Source: an uncultured Myxococcales bacterium
GTDB lineage: Bacteria; Myxococcota_A; UBA9042; CAIXZC01
Assembly: GCA_903923815.1 (NCBI GenBank)
Contig: CAIXZC010000007.1
Location: 1-39,887 of the forward strand
Reading direction: 5' to 3'
DNA length: 39,887 bases
Shown here: positions 19,403 through 30,100 of the stretch, piece by piece
How the letters are laid out: the number at the start of each line of letters is the position of its first letter
How positions within the stretch are numbered: the first letter of the stretch is position 1
Notes under the pieces: generated by a model
Told to the model about the DNA's origin: nothing
Seen by the model: the letters and a program-made list of their open reading frames with translations, nothing else
Database searches by the model: none
Made by a program: the position numbers and the translations under genes

Positions 19403-21619
19403 TCAGATTCTGCGGCGGGAGGACACCCGGAGGGTCGCCAGGCCCAGCAGCGCCAGGGCCAGCAGGAGGCCCGTGCTGGAGGAGGGCTGGGCCGCGGTGC
19501 TGCAGGAGCTGCCGCCCTTGCCACCGGTGGAGCTGCCCACGTCCTGGCCGCCCGTCTGGTCGCCCGTGGAGTCCGCGCCCTGGGAATCCGCCAGGCCGTC
19601 CACGCCATCCTTGTCCAGGGAAATATCGTCTCCGGGGCCCGCGCCATCGGGCGTGTTGATGGCGTCCTCACCTTCGCTGGTGTCGGTGGGCAGGACGGGG
19701 TCGATGCACTGGCCGTTCTCGCACTCCAGGCCCTCGGCGCAGGTGCCGCAGGAGAAGCCGCCGCCGTTATCGCCGCACTGCAGGCCAGCGCAGCCGGGAG
19801 GGAAGTCAAACTTGGGGTTGGTGCAGTCCTTGGGTTTGGTGCCGTCGGGGGCATTGCCCGAGCCACCGCAGCCGTACCAGCCGTCGGTGGACAGCCAGCC
19901 GCAGACACCGTCGCATTCGGTCACCACAAGGGTCTCTTCTTCGCAGTAGATCTCCACGTTGCCAAAGCAGCAGCCGTCGTAGGTGATGCCCACGCAGGGG
20001 TCCGCCACGCAGGCGCCCAGGGAGCACACGGTGCCGTTGCCGCAGGCGCAGTCCGTGGGGCAGCTGCTGCAGCTCTCGTCGTCGGAGCACTCGTCGTCGC
20101 CGCAGTTGTCCACCTTGCACACGCCGGCGCTGCACACCTGGCCGTCGCCGCAGCCGCAGTCCTGGGCGCAGTTCTGGCAGTTCTCGCCCTCGCCGCAGGT
20201 GTCGTCGCCGCAGCCGTTGGGCATGGGACAGGCACTGCAGTCGTTGCAGGCGCACTCCCACTTGGGGCCCCAGCAGCCGGGATCGGGCTGTTTGTCGGAG
20301 ATGCAGGCGCCGGTGTAGCCGCCCTCAGTGTTGTTGCAGGACCCGCCCACGCAGGTGCCATCCGGGACCCACTTCTCCAGGGGCAGGGCGGGGATGGTGC
20401 GGCTGATGCAGTGGATGGCGCCGGAATACAGCGAGATCTGATCCGAGTTGATACCCACGTGGGTCCAATCGGGCATGGCCTGCTTCCACACGGCCAGGGC
20501 CTGGGCCTCCCGGTCCTTGTCCACGGAGTAGATGGGCCAGAGGTTCAGCTTGGTGGTGCCGTCCGCGCTGACATACAGCGTGGAGTTGATGAAGGTGCGG
20601 GGGATCTCGCCGTAGCCGGGGTCGTCGCCGGGGTTGGGCATGACCATCCGGTACACCGTCATGGTGACGTCCTCGCCCAGGTCGATGCTCTTCAGCAGGG
20701 CCTCGTTGTCATCCATGCGCTTGGCGTTCTCCGAGTCATCCGCCACGTCGAAGTCGCCCAGGACGGCGCCATCCCTGGCGTAGAGCTTGAAGAACATGTC
20801 GATGTGGCCGGTGCCGTCGTTGGTGATGTCCTTGAGGATGATGGTCTTGTCGCAGGCGTAGTAGTCCTTGAAGATCTTGGACAGCTCGTCCCGGGAAAGG
20901 CCCGTGTTGGTCAGTTCCCGCTGGGTGGTGTAGCAGCGGCCCTCGCCGTCGGCCTGGAAGTTGCCGCCCTCGAGGGAGATGGGGGAGCGATAGGTGCTGG
21001 CACCAACCAGCCCGCCCAGGCGGGAGGGGATGGCGTCATCCAGGATGCGCTCGGGGTAGTAGACGAAATCGGCAAAGGCCACCTGATCGTCGTCGTTCAC
21101 CAGGGGCAGGGGGGCGTAGTCGATGGTCCAGATGGCGTCGTTGGGAAGCGTGAAGAACTTCAGCCTCTCGTCGATGGTGGCCTGGGAGGCCCCCAGGGTC
21201 TTGACCTTGCTGATCAGCGAATTCTTGACGGCGGTGCCCTCGTGGATGACCCATACCTCGCCGGCGGCCAGCGCGCCGTTGACCAGCTTGGCTTGGGTGT
21301 TGAAGACCTGGGCGTCGTCGGGCAGGTAGTCCGAGGCGGTCACGATCATGGCCTGCATGGGCTCCCACTCCTTCATGGCGCGGAAGGTGCCCGGGGCCGG
21401 CGGCTCGGTGATGGCGTACCACTGGGAATGGGAATCCCGATAGTCGCTGTAGTAGTCGGCCTTCTGGGCGGTCAGTTCACCAGCGGGCAGGGCGGTGGCG
21501 GGAAGGAACCCGGGTACGCGGCCGCCGGTAGCCACGGCCTCGCCGGGGGCATAGGCCTGCTCGGCACAGGACGCCAGCAGCAGAACGGCGCAGATGGAAT
21601 ACAGGGCAACGAGCTTCAT
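19403..21619 (-). CDS. Secreted agmatine/peptidylarginine deiminase-family protein with Cys-rich repeats and MYXO-CTERM-like tail
   Basis: Lipobox LASC. Family motifs [32 protein letters not shown]. Repeats like [20 protein letters not shown]-terminus GGSSCS + hydrophobic helix + RRR. Confidence 0.82.
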   Translation of the reverse strand: MKLVALYSICAVLLLASCAEQAYAPGEAVATGGRVPGFLPATALPAGELTAQKADYYSDYRDSHSQWYAITEPPAPGTFRAMKEWEPMQAMIVTASDYLPDDAQVFNTQAKLVNGALAAGEVWVIHEGTAVKNSLISKVKTLGASQATIDERLKFFTLPNDAIWTIDYAPLPLVNDDDQVAFADFVYYPERILDDAIPSRLGGLVGASTYRSPISLEGGNFQADGEGRCYTTQRELTNTGLSRDELSKIFKDYYACDKTIILKDITNDGTGHIDMFFKLYARDGAVLGDFDVADDSENAKRMDDNEALLKSIDLGEDVTMTVYRMVMPNPGDDPGYGEIPRTFINSTLYVSADGTTKLNLWPIYSVDKDREAQALAVWKQAMPDWTHVGINSDQISLYSGAIHCISRTIPALPLEKWVPDGTCVGGSCNNTEGGYTGACISDKQPDPGCWGPKWECACNDCSACPMPNGCGDDTCGEGENCQNCAQDCGCGDGQVCSAGVCKVDNCGDDECSDDESCSSCPTDCACGNGTVCSLGACVADPCVGITYDGCCFGNVEIYCEEETLVVTECDGVCGWLSTDGWYGCGGSGNAPDGTKPKDCTNPKFDFPPGCAGLQCGDNGGGFSCGTCAEGLECENGQCIDPVLPTDTSEGEDAINTPDGAGPGDDISLDKDGVDGLADSQGADSTGDQTGGQDVGSSTGGKGGSSCSTAAQPSSSTGLLLALALLGLATLRVSSRRRI

Positions 21620-21824
21620 GGGACCTCCCACCTTTTCGGGGCTGTTCTTCAAACGCGCGCAACACTAACTAGCGTGACCCGCTTTGGCAATAGATTATTC
21701 CCGGCGCGGCCCGTGGCCTGCCACAAGAAAGTCCTTGCCTTTTTGGGCTAGAAAAAGATACTTACCCGCGGTCTGCCGTCATCTGGCGGCACAGGAACCG
21801 AGTCAGATTGGAAGGAGTCAAACG

Positions 21825-21998
21825 ATGGCCAACACCAAGACCCTCACCCGCGAAGAGCGGAAGGCCAAGAAGCGGGTTCTCCGCCGTGGCTTGAAAGATT
21901 TCTACACGACCTTCACCGCCGTGGATCGCAAGAAGTTCCGCAAGGCCGTCAAGGGCGGGCTGCGCGGCTTCAAACTGGGAACCAACCAGGAAGATTGA
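21825..21998 (+). CDS. Small highly basic protein (57 aa), function unknown
   Basis: AAGGAG SD before ATG 21825, host-like C/G-ending codons, 18 of 57 residues K/R. Ends 7 nt before galU. Confidence 0.7.
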   Translation: MANTKTLTREERKAKKRVLRRGLKDFYTTFTAVDRKKFRKAVKGGLRGFKLGTNQED

Positions 21999-22005
21999 TG
22001 ACCCC

Positions 22006-22836
22006 ATGAAAGCGGTCATACCAGCGGCCGGTCTAGGCACTCGTATGTTTCCGCTTTCTCTGGCCTGTCCCAAGGAGATGCTGCCGTTGGGCAGGAAGCC
22101 CGCGCTGCATCATGTTGTGGAGGAGGCCGTGGATGCGGGGGTGGATACCCTCGTGCTCATCACCGCGCCCTCCAAGACCTCCATCACCAAGTACTTCTTC
22201 GAACCCCTGGAAGCGACGCTCCCGGCGGGCTGCCCGCGGGAAGCCATGGAGGAGATCCGCCGCCTCACCGACAAGCTGGACATCGTCGTGATCCATCAAA
22301 AGGGCGCCAAGGGCCTGGGCCACGCGGTCTGGTCTGCCCATTCGGTGGTGGGTGACGAGCCCTTCCTGGTCATGCTCCCAGACGACATCATCCGGCCCGC
22401 CATCACCAAGGACATGGTAGCCCTCGGGGGCGCCTCGGGCTTGGGCGTGCTGGTGGTCAAGGAGGTTGCCGAGGACGAGGTCAGCCGCTACGGCATTGTG
22501 GAATGCAGCGGCGACCAGCAGCCCCTTCGGATCACCGGTGCCATTGAGAAACCCCCGGTGCAGTTGGCCCCCTCGCGCAAGGCCATCCTGGGCCGCTACC
22601 TGCTGCCCGCCGGGACCATGTCCATGCTGGGCGGGGTGGGCACGGGGCACGGCGGCGAGATCCAGCTGACCTCCTGCCTGGATCTGATCGCCAAGCGAGA
22701 CGGGCTCCTGGGCATCACCCTGGATCCTGGCCGCCACCTGGACCTGGGCACCATGGAGGGCTACCTTGAGGCCAACACCCGCGTGGCCCTTGAGGAACCT
22801 GAGTTGCGTCGCAGACTGGGCCTCTCACTTCACTGA
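22006..22836 (+). CDS. galU: UTP--glucose-1-phosphate uridylyltransferase
   Basis: KAVIPAAGLGTRMFP, PKEMLP, KGLGHAV, EPFLVMLPDD, IEKP, GGEIQLT. Confidence 0.85.
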   Translation: MKAVIPAAGLGTRMFPLSLACPKEMLPLGRKPALHHVVEEAVDAGVDTLVLITAPSKTSITKYFFEPLEATLPAGCPREAMEEIRRLTDKLDIVVIHQKGAKGLGHAVWSAHSVVGDEPFLVMLPDDIIRPAITKDMVALGGASGLGVLVVKEVAEDEVSRYGIVECSGDQQPLRITGAIEKPPVQLAPSRKAILGRYLLPAGTMSMLGGVGTGHGGEIQLTSCLDLIAKRDGLLGITLDPGRHLDLGTMEGYLEANTRVALEEPELRRRLGLSLH

Positions 22837-22852
22837 CCAGTACGGAGAAACC

Positions 22853-23980
22853 ATGGTTGAGGGCGTATTTGAACGCATAGCGAACCTGCGTGAGCGGATT
22901 GGCGCCCTGGACGAGGCCTTCGATCTGCAAGGCAAGCTTCGGGAACTGCAGCGCCTGGAGGACCTCAGCCAGGAGCCCGGCTTCTGGAACGACGCCGCCA
23001 CCGCCGCCAAGACCCTCAAGCACCAGGCCGCTCTGAAGCGTGTCGTGGCCGACCTGCGGACCACCCGGGGCCTGATGGATGACGCTGAGGTCCTGGCCAC
23101 CATGGCCCAGGAGGAGGGCGATCACAGCCAGGACGAGGAGATCGGCGGGCTGGTGGAGAAAAGCGAGGCCTCCGTCAAGCGCCTGGAGTTGCAGCGCATG
23201 CTGTCGGGCGAGAACGACGCCGGCAACGCCTTCCTGGTCATCAACGCCGGGGCCGGTGGTACCGAGTCCCAGGACTGGGCCAACATGCTCATGCGCATGT
23301 ACCTGCGCTTCTGCGATCGGCAGGGCTGGAAGTCCTCCATCTACGACGAGCAGGCGGGGGAAGAGGCGGGCATCAAGTCCGCGACGATCCTGGTGGAGGG
23401 CGAGAACGCCTTCGGGTTCCTCAAGGCCGAGATCGGCATCCACCGGCTGGTGCGCCTCTCGCCCTTCGATGCGGCCCATCGCCGCCACACCTCCTTCGTG
23501 GGGGTCTTCGTCTATCCCCAGGTGGACGACGACATCGACATCGTGATCGAAGAGAAGGACCTGCGCATCGACATCTTCCGGGCCAGCGGCGCGGGCGGCC
23601 AGAAGGTCAACAAGACCTCCTCCGCCATCCGCATCACCCACATCCCGACGAACATCGTGGTCCAGTGCCAGAACGAGCGCTCCCAGTACAAGAACAAGGA
23701 CATGGCCATGAAGGTCCTCAAGGCCCGGCTGTATGACCTTGAGCAAAGCAAGAAGGACGAAGAGAAGAGCAAGCTGGAGTCCACCAAGCAGCGGATCAAC
23801 TTCGGCTCCCAGATCCGCTCTTACGTGCTGCAGCCCTATCGTCTGGTGAAGGACCACCGCACGGGCCTGGGCATCGGTAACGCCGACGCCGTCCTGGATG
23901 GCGACCTCACCCCCTTCATCCAGGCCTTCCTGATGCGCCGCGCCGACGACCCCATCCCCACCGATACCGACGATTTCTGA
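22853..23980 (+). CDS. prfB: Peptide chain release factor 2
   Basis: GAGGTESQDWA, HRLVRLSPFD (SPF), SGAGGQ (GGQ), FGSQIRSY. Single ORF from ATG 22853 after a GGAG SD. Confidence 0.96.
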   Translation: MVEGVFERIANLRERIGALDEAFDLQGKLRELQRLEDLSQEPGFWNDAATAAKTLKHQAALKRVVADLRTTRGLMDDAEVLATMAQEEGDHSQDEEIGGLVEKSEASVKRLELQRMLSGENDAGNAFLVINAGAGGTESQDWANMLMRMYLRFCDRQGWKSSIYDEQAGEEAGIKSATILVEGENAFGFLKAEIGIHRLVRLSPFDAAHRRHTSFVGVFVYPQVDDDIDIVIEEKDLRIDIFRASGAGGQKVNKTSSAIRITHIPTNIVVQCQNERSQYKNKDMAMKVLKARLYDLEQSKKDEEKSKLESTKQRINFGSQIRSYVLQPYRLVKDHRTGLGIGNADAVLDGDLTPFIQAFLMRRADDPIPTDTDDF

Positions 23981-23984
23981 AAGC

Positions 23985-24047
23985 CAGCCCCCTCCCTTGC
24001 GGTCCGCACCCGGGCACCCTTTGGGCGCAGCCCCCTCCCTTGCGGTC
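23985..24047. repeat. 20-bp perfect direct repeat (2 copies) between convergent prfB and hflX; REP-like
   Basis: CAGCCCCCTCCCTTGCGGTC at 23985-24004 and 24028-24047. Confidence 0.75.
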
Positions 24048-24072
24048 GGGGTTCGGTTAATGTTTGGGTGGG

Positions 24073-25773
24073 TTACTCGTCCTCATCCAGGTCGGGCACC
24101 AGCTCCAACTGGGGCGGGCCCAGGGGCCTATCGGAATACTCCGGGAAGAATTGCAGGCGTTCCAGGGTCTCCTCCAGCAGCTTCACCAACGGTCGCAAAG
24201 TGGCCGGATCCCGGGCGCTGATGCCTATGCAGTCCTCGTCCAGAGGCAGGTTCATACCCTGGGCCGCGGGTTTGTCCAGCTTGTTGAACACGGTGAGGCG
24301 CGGCGTGGCCTCCAGCTCCAGGTCCTCCAGGATCTGCTCCACCGCCGCCTGCTGCTCCTCCCAGTGGGGGTTGGACACGTCCACCACGTGGAGGAACAGG
24401 TCCGCCTGGGCCAGCTCCTCCAGGGTCGCCGTGAAGGCCTGCAGGAGGGTCCGTGGCAGGTTCCTGATGAAGCCCACGGTGTCCGTGATTACCAGCTCCC
24501 GATCCCTGGGGAAGCGCAGCCGCCGACTGAAGGGATCCAGCGTGGCAAACAGCTTGTCCTCGGCGTCCGCCGTCGCCCCCGTGAGGCTGTTCAGCAGGGT
24601 GCTCTTGCCCGCGTTGGTGTAGCCCACAATGGAGACCACCGGCACCCCCGTGCGCTGGCGCCGCCGCCGCCGGGTCTCGCGCTCCGAGGACAGGGCCTCA
24701 AGCTGCTTCTCCAGCCGCAAGATGCGCTCCTTGATGCGTCGCCGGTCGATCTCCAGCTTGGTCTCCCCGGGGCCCCTCCCGCCGATGCCGCCCATGAGCC
24801 GACTCATGGCCAATCCCGCTCCCACCAGCCGGGGCAGGATGTGCCGCAGTTGGGCCAGCTCCACCTGGATGCGTCCGTCGTTGGACCGGGCCCGCTGGGC
24901 GAAGATGTCCAGAATCAGCTGGGTGCGGTCCATCACCCGCACCTCCGCCAGCCGCGAGATGTTGCGCACCTGGGCTGCGCTCAGCTCGGGGCTGAACACC
25001 AGCAGGTCCACGCCCTTGTGCATGGCCTCCTGGATCAGCGCGTTCAGGCGCCCCGAGCCGATGAAAGTCGCGGGGTCCGGCCGCCGCCGCTGCACCACCG
25101 TGTCCACCACGTCGATGCCGGCGGACCTGGCCAACTCCTGAAGTTCCGCCACGTCCCAGTCCCCGTGCCGGGAGTTGCCGTGGTCCAGGTGCACCAGGAA
25201 GGCCCGCTCACCCCGGTTGTTCTCTGGGCGCCGGTCCCGGGTCTCCAGTTGATCGTCCAGGTCTCCCATCAGCGCGGCGAAGTCCACCTTCACGTCTGCC
25301 ACGGGGCAGCGGGGGTGGACCTCAAACTTCTTCCCGGCCGGGTTTTCGGGCAGCACGTGGGCCCAGGAGATGGTGGTGGGTCGGCTGGGGGGCGCGGGGG
25401 GCCACAGCACCGCCACGGCGTCCAGATACAGCAGCCCCAGATCGGTGAAGTCGTCGTCGTCCAGCTCGTCCCCCGGCGCATGGACATGCACAAAGCGCAC
25501 GCCCCGCAGCTTCCCGGGGGCCCGGCGGAAACGGTCGAACTCGGGCAGCTTGATCCCCCGCGCGTCCCCCAGCACCACGTACTGCACTTGCCCCTTGCGG
25601 TCCAGCACCAGCCCCACCTGCCGGCCCAGCAGGGTGGAGGCCGCGGCCAGTTCGTCGGCCAGTTCGGGGGGGATCAGGGCCTCGGGCTGGCAGCGACGGC
25701 GGTACAGGCGCTCCAGGGCGGCGGCATGGGAGGCCTTCAGACCAGTGGTTTCTCCATAGATTCGGCGGGTAAT
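24073..25773 (-). CDS. hflX: GTPase HflX, long form with N-terminal extension
   Basis: DRTQLILDIFAQRA, GIGGRGPGETKLE, G1 GYTNAGKST, LFATLD, DTVGF, NKLD. N-terminal IYGETTGLK domain. Start uncertain: ATT 25773 (good SD) or TTG 25797. Confidence 0.92.
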   Translation of the reverse strand: MTRRIYGETTGLKASHAAALERLYRRRCQPEALIPPELADELAAASTLLGRQVGLVLDRKGQVQYVVLGDARGIKLPEFDRFRRAPGKLRGVRFVHVHAPGDELDDDDFTDLGLLYLDAVAVLWPPAPPSRPTTISWAHVLPENPAGKKFEVHPRCPVADVKVDFAALMGDLDDQLETRDRRPENNRGERAFLVHLDHGNSRHGDWDVAELQELARSAGIDVVDTVVQRRRPDPATFIGSGRLNALIQEAMHKGVDLLVFSPELSAAQVRNISRLAEVRVMDRTQLILDIFAQRARSNDGRIQVELAQLRHILPRLVGAGLAMSRLMGGIGGRGPGETKLEIDRRRIKERILRLEKQLEALSSERETRRRRRQRTGVPVVSIVGYTNAGKSTLLNSLTGATADAEDKLFATLDPFSRRLRFPRDRELVITDTVGFIRNLPRTLLQAFTATLEELAQADLFLHVVDVSNPHWEEQQAAVEQILEDLELEATPRLTVFNKLDKPAAQGMNLPLDEDCIGISARDPATLRPLVKLLEETLERLQFFPEYSDRPLGPPQLELVPDLDEDE

Positions 25774-25966
25774 GGTGCACCTCCCCGGGCAGGACAAGCG
25801 GACCCCCTGGAGCCCGCGCGGCGCATCTTACTCCCACCCCCGCTGAATGCGCAACGGCGCGCCGCGTCAATGCATGACGGCGATGCAAGATTATTAGTTC
25901 CCGCGCTCGTCCCCAAGGTCCCATTTGGAGCCCTATCTCAAGTAGCCGCCACGCAAAAGTATTTGC

Positions 25967-25995
25967 TTGACAGGTCAGACCCCTTTCTCTAAAAG
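25967..25995 (+). promoter_or_regulatory. Putative sigma70 promoter for the barrel/metalloprotease operon
   Basis: Perfect TTGACA (25967-25972), 17-nt spacer, TAAAAG (25990-25995). Overlapped by an imperfect palindrome. Confidence 0.45.
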
Positions 25996-26066
25996 GGAGT
26001 CTGCAAATCCGGAAGAGCCTGCATTTTTATGCAAGCCTTTGAAAGGTCTTTCGGGGGGAGGGATAC

Positions 26067-27095
26067 TTGAGAAACGCCAGATTTTTCTTTGTGGTGGCCC
26101 TGCTTCTAGCGTGCCCCGGACGGCTGTTTGCCCAGTCCAATGCATATCCATTAGCTCTTACCGAGGAGGAACGCATACTCCAGGAGGCCGAGAGCTACCA
26201 AGCGCCCTTCGGCGTGTCGGTGGGGCTGGGACAGACGCTGGGTGCGGCCACCTTCAACGACAACGCGGGCGTCCGGCGCCCCTCCCTGGACATGAGCATC
26301 TCCGTGTCCCCCTACTGGCGCCTCACCAAGCTGATGCGACTGACGGCGGGCATAGGCACCTCCGTGGCCCTCGTGGAGAGCTATGACACCAACACCACCA
26401 AGCAGCATCAGTGGTACCTGTCGGATCTGTCCTTGGGCCTCAGCCACGCGCAGCTTGCCAAGATTCCGGGGGCGGACATTGGCGTCAGCGGCCAGGTGTC
26501 CCTGGGCTTCCCCACCAGCCTCCAGAGCCAATACCGCGAGTTGATCATGGCCATGCGGGCAGGTCTGGGCTTCTCCCGTGCCTTTGGCCCCGTGTACGTG
26601 TCCTACGGCATCGGCGTGTTCAAGAACCTCAATCGCTACACCTCCCCGACCCTCAGCCGCGAGGAAGTGGGCGATCATGTCATCCTGTCCCACTACCAGG
26701 GCAACGAGAACCTGACCTCCGACCTGGTGGCCCTGGGCGGCAACAACACCAGCTTCGGCATCAGCAACAGCCTGCTGGTCAGCTATTACATCATTGATCC
26801 CCTGTCGTTCACCGTGGCCTACACCCTGTCCAACTCCTGGACCTACCGCTCCTACTCCAACGACGAGTACGCCTCGGAGTACGCCGACGGCGGCCGCGGC
26901 CAGCGGGACAGCCACTCGGGCGTGGTGGACATCACCTACCAGTTCAATGATGTGTACTCGCTGGGCCTGGGCGTCCAGACGGTGGCCGCCCCGCGGACGG
27001 CCGACAACAAGGGATGGACCTTTCCGTTCCTGAACTTTTCCAATGACTACCGCTCGAACACGGGAATCTATCTCGGGTTCAACGCGGCGTTTTAG
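26067..27095 (+). CDS. Putative outer-membrane beta-barrel protein, family unknown
   Basis: TTG start after GGGAGG, signal peptide, many alternating amphipathic strands rich in G/S/Y/F. C-terminal GIYLGFNAAF ends in Phe (BAM beta-signal-like). Confidence 0.72.
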   Translation: MRNARFFFVVALLLACPGRLFAQSNAYPLALTEEERILQEAESYQAPFGVSVGLGQTLGAATFNDNAGVRRPSLDMSISVSPYWRLTKLMRLTAGIGTSVALVESYDTNTTKQHQWYLSDLSLGLSHAQLAKIPGADIGVSGQVSLGFPTSLQSQYRELIMAMRAGLGFSRAFGPVYVSYGIGVFKNLNRYTSPTLSREEVGDHVILSHYQGNENLTSDLVALGGNNTSFGISNSLLVSYYIIDPLSFTVAYTLSNSWTYRSYSNDEYASEYADGGRGQRDSHSGVVDITYQFNDVYSLGLGVQTVAAPRTADNKGWTFPFLNFSNDYRSNTGIYLGFNAAF

Positions 27096-27146
27096 TCCGG
27101 TTGGGGCTTTCATTGGCGACAACGGTTTTCTTCAGGAGGTAACTTG

Positions 27147-30100
27147 ATGAGGCGGGCAGGCTTTTTGACTTACGTTGCTCCGTTCCTCGCCGCCATGCTG
27201 TGGCTGACTTCTTGCGCCACAGAGGTGGGAGACATCGACCGGACCGATCCCAACAAGATCAAGAAGGCCGATCTGAGAGGCGTGTGGTACTACGTCTCCA
27301 CGGTCATCGATTCCCCCAACCCTTCGCCCTTCACCTTCAATGGTGAGATGAACTTCGGCGGCGGCTTGAAGGTGATCTTCGATGTCCAGGAGGACTACCT
27401 GGTGGCCTACCCCGTCACCGAGACCACCGCCGTGGGCGCGGAAGAGGGCTGGCACATCAGCACCATCCGCAACTACTGGGACGAGGGCAAGTCCGACCAG
27501 TTCATGGAGATGTACGTCGGGCAGCCCGTGGCGGCCTTCAAGATCGAAAAGCATTTCGATGTGATCCGCCAGTACAACCCCCAGACCGGCGAGCAGAGCA
27601 ACGTCATCGTCGAGGACACCGCCGACAAGCTCTGGTTTGAGCGCAGCTACCTGCGCGTCAACTGGACCGAGAACAGGGTCAAGGACCTGATGTTCCTGGC
27701 GGCCATCGAGGGTTCTCCCACGGACTACTACGTCCAGGAGTACGAAGAGGACAACCCCGATGCCTTCGAGATGACCGCGGACTCGATCAACTTCGTGAAC
27801 CGCATCTTCGCCCAGCCCGTGGGGCCCGAAGCCTGCAACATCTACGGCATCGGCGCGGCGGACTGCGCTGGCGCGGTCATCAAGATCCGCCACAGCTTCC
27901 GCAAGGCCGACCCCAACAACGACTACGTGGCGCTGTACTACCCGGAGACGGATCAGCAGGACAAGTTCGGCTTCTTCCTCACCGAGCACTACGGCTACGA
28001 CTACGACCACGGCGTGCTGCTGTCCAACAAGGTCTACCTGATCAACCGTTGGAACCTCTGGAAGAACAGCCGCGACGTGCAGGCCATCACCGACGCTGCC
28101 ACCGGCGAGAATGTCCCCTGCAAGGTCGACGCCGACTGCAAGGACCTGGCCCCCGAGGGCATCCACAACACCCACTGCTGGGTTGACAACGGCTGGTTCT
28201 CGGACGGCCACTGCGTGACCTGGGACTCCCTGGCCTACAAGGACCGGGAAGTGCAGCCCGTGGTCTACCATGTGTCGGCCCAGTGGCCCAAGGAGTTGGA
28301 GCGGGCCATCTACACGACCAACAACCAGTACTCCGAGGCCCTCAAGGACACCGCCGCGTGGCTGAAGCTTTACTCCGAGAAGGGCATCGCCGACCTGCGC
28401 TACTGCGACACCAACGCCGACTGCGCCGCCCACGCCCTCATCGACACCGAGATCGCCCACACCCACGGCCGCGTCTGCGCTGACGACGCTGCCTGCCAGG
28501 TGGGCGTGTCCGCTGACCAGAAGGCCCTGTACTCCTGCCCCGCCGGCTACTGCGTGAAGGCCGTGGCCTGCTCCGCCACCGCCCCCTGCGCCCTGGGCCA
28601 GACCTGCACCGCTGGCGTCTGCAAGGATGCCCAGGCTGCCTTGGTCGTGAACGAGGTGAAGGACACCGGCGCCTATACCTTCTATATGAACGTCGGCACG
28701 GACGGTGCCTTGAAGACCCAGGTCTCCGAGGACGACTCCTACCCCAAGATTCCTTCTGGCAAGGCCCTCATCCGCGTGGTCAACCTGAACACCGCCGTGG
28801 GCCCCGTGACCCTCAGCGACGAGAACGGCCCCCTGTGTGACGTGGACGTGCCCTTTGCCGCCACCGACGACGACTACCTGGTCCCCGGCAACTGCAACCT
28901 GGGCACCGCCACCACCATTCGCAACATCCAGGTCAAGGACCAGAGCGGCGCCCTGGTGGGCACCGTCAACGGCGTGCGCATCGCCAAGGACGCCATCATC
29001 ACCGTGGTGGTCTCCGGCAACGCCACCCTCAAGGGCGTCATGGCCTTCAGCATCACCGTCAAGTCCCTGGGCACCAAGGGCATCCGCTTCGTGCATGCCT
29101 TCCCCGGCAAGAGCGGCGTGGACTTCGCCCTCAACGGCGGCCTGCGCTCGTCTGACCTGCGCTTTGGCATGGCCAGCCCCTACACCGGCATGCGCAAGGG
29201 CAACAACCGCATCACCGTCATCAACCACGGCGAAGCGGGCGACGTGACCTGCTACAACAACAAGGGTGTGGGCACCTGCACCGGTTGGAGAACCGAACTG
29301 GACGACAAGGACCTCGCCCGGGTCAAGGAGATCAAGGCCACCCTCCCCGAGATGTTCGTGGTCTGCGACAACGTGTTCACCGGCGACGCCTGCGACCCCA
29401 ACGAGGCCGCCGCTGGCGCCCCTACGGGCAACGAGCAGGTGGACCGCGAGGCCCGCAATGACTGCCGTTACTGGTGGTTCGACAAGGCCGTCTCCAGCTG
29501 GCGCAACCCCTGCAAGGAAGTCCCCGGCGCCTACGACATCAAGAAGCACGGCGACATTCGCTACTCGTTCATCTACTGGGTGGGCGAGAACCAGGCCGCC
29601 TCCCCCCTGGGCTACGGCCCCTCCGCGGCGGACCCCAAGACGGGTCAGATCTACCACGCCTGCGCCAACATCTACGGCGCCGACATGCTGACCTACGCCC
29701 AGTACTCCCGGGATCTGCTCAAGCTCTCCACGGGCGAGCTGACCACCGAGAACATCGCCACCGCGGATTACATCAAGGAATACATCGAGAACAACCCCCC
29801 CGATAACGGTTACGGCAGCCTCTACGCGCCGCTGCTGGACAAGGCCCTGATTGACAAGAAGGCTGGGGAGAATCTGGCCAAGCGCCCCAACATGAAGCGC
29901 TTCTGGATGACCCCCGCCGAGCAGACCCGCGTCCTCCAGCAGATCAATGATCCGGTGGTGAAGCGCATGGCCATGGACCCCAAGTTCGCTTGGAAGAAGG
30001 CCGTGGACTCCCTGGTGGACGGGTTCAGCCCCGCCGCCGCCATCGCCCGCATGGGCCTCATCAAGGGCACCTGGCTGGAGAAGCTGCTGATCAACGAAGA

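Noticed and set aside
21813-21823. Identical 11-mer AGGAGTCAAAC before the small basic gene and before proS (37233-37243)
   Set aside because: About half of it is the SD sequence, and two instances are too few to claim a shared regulatory site.
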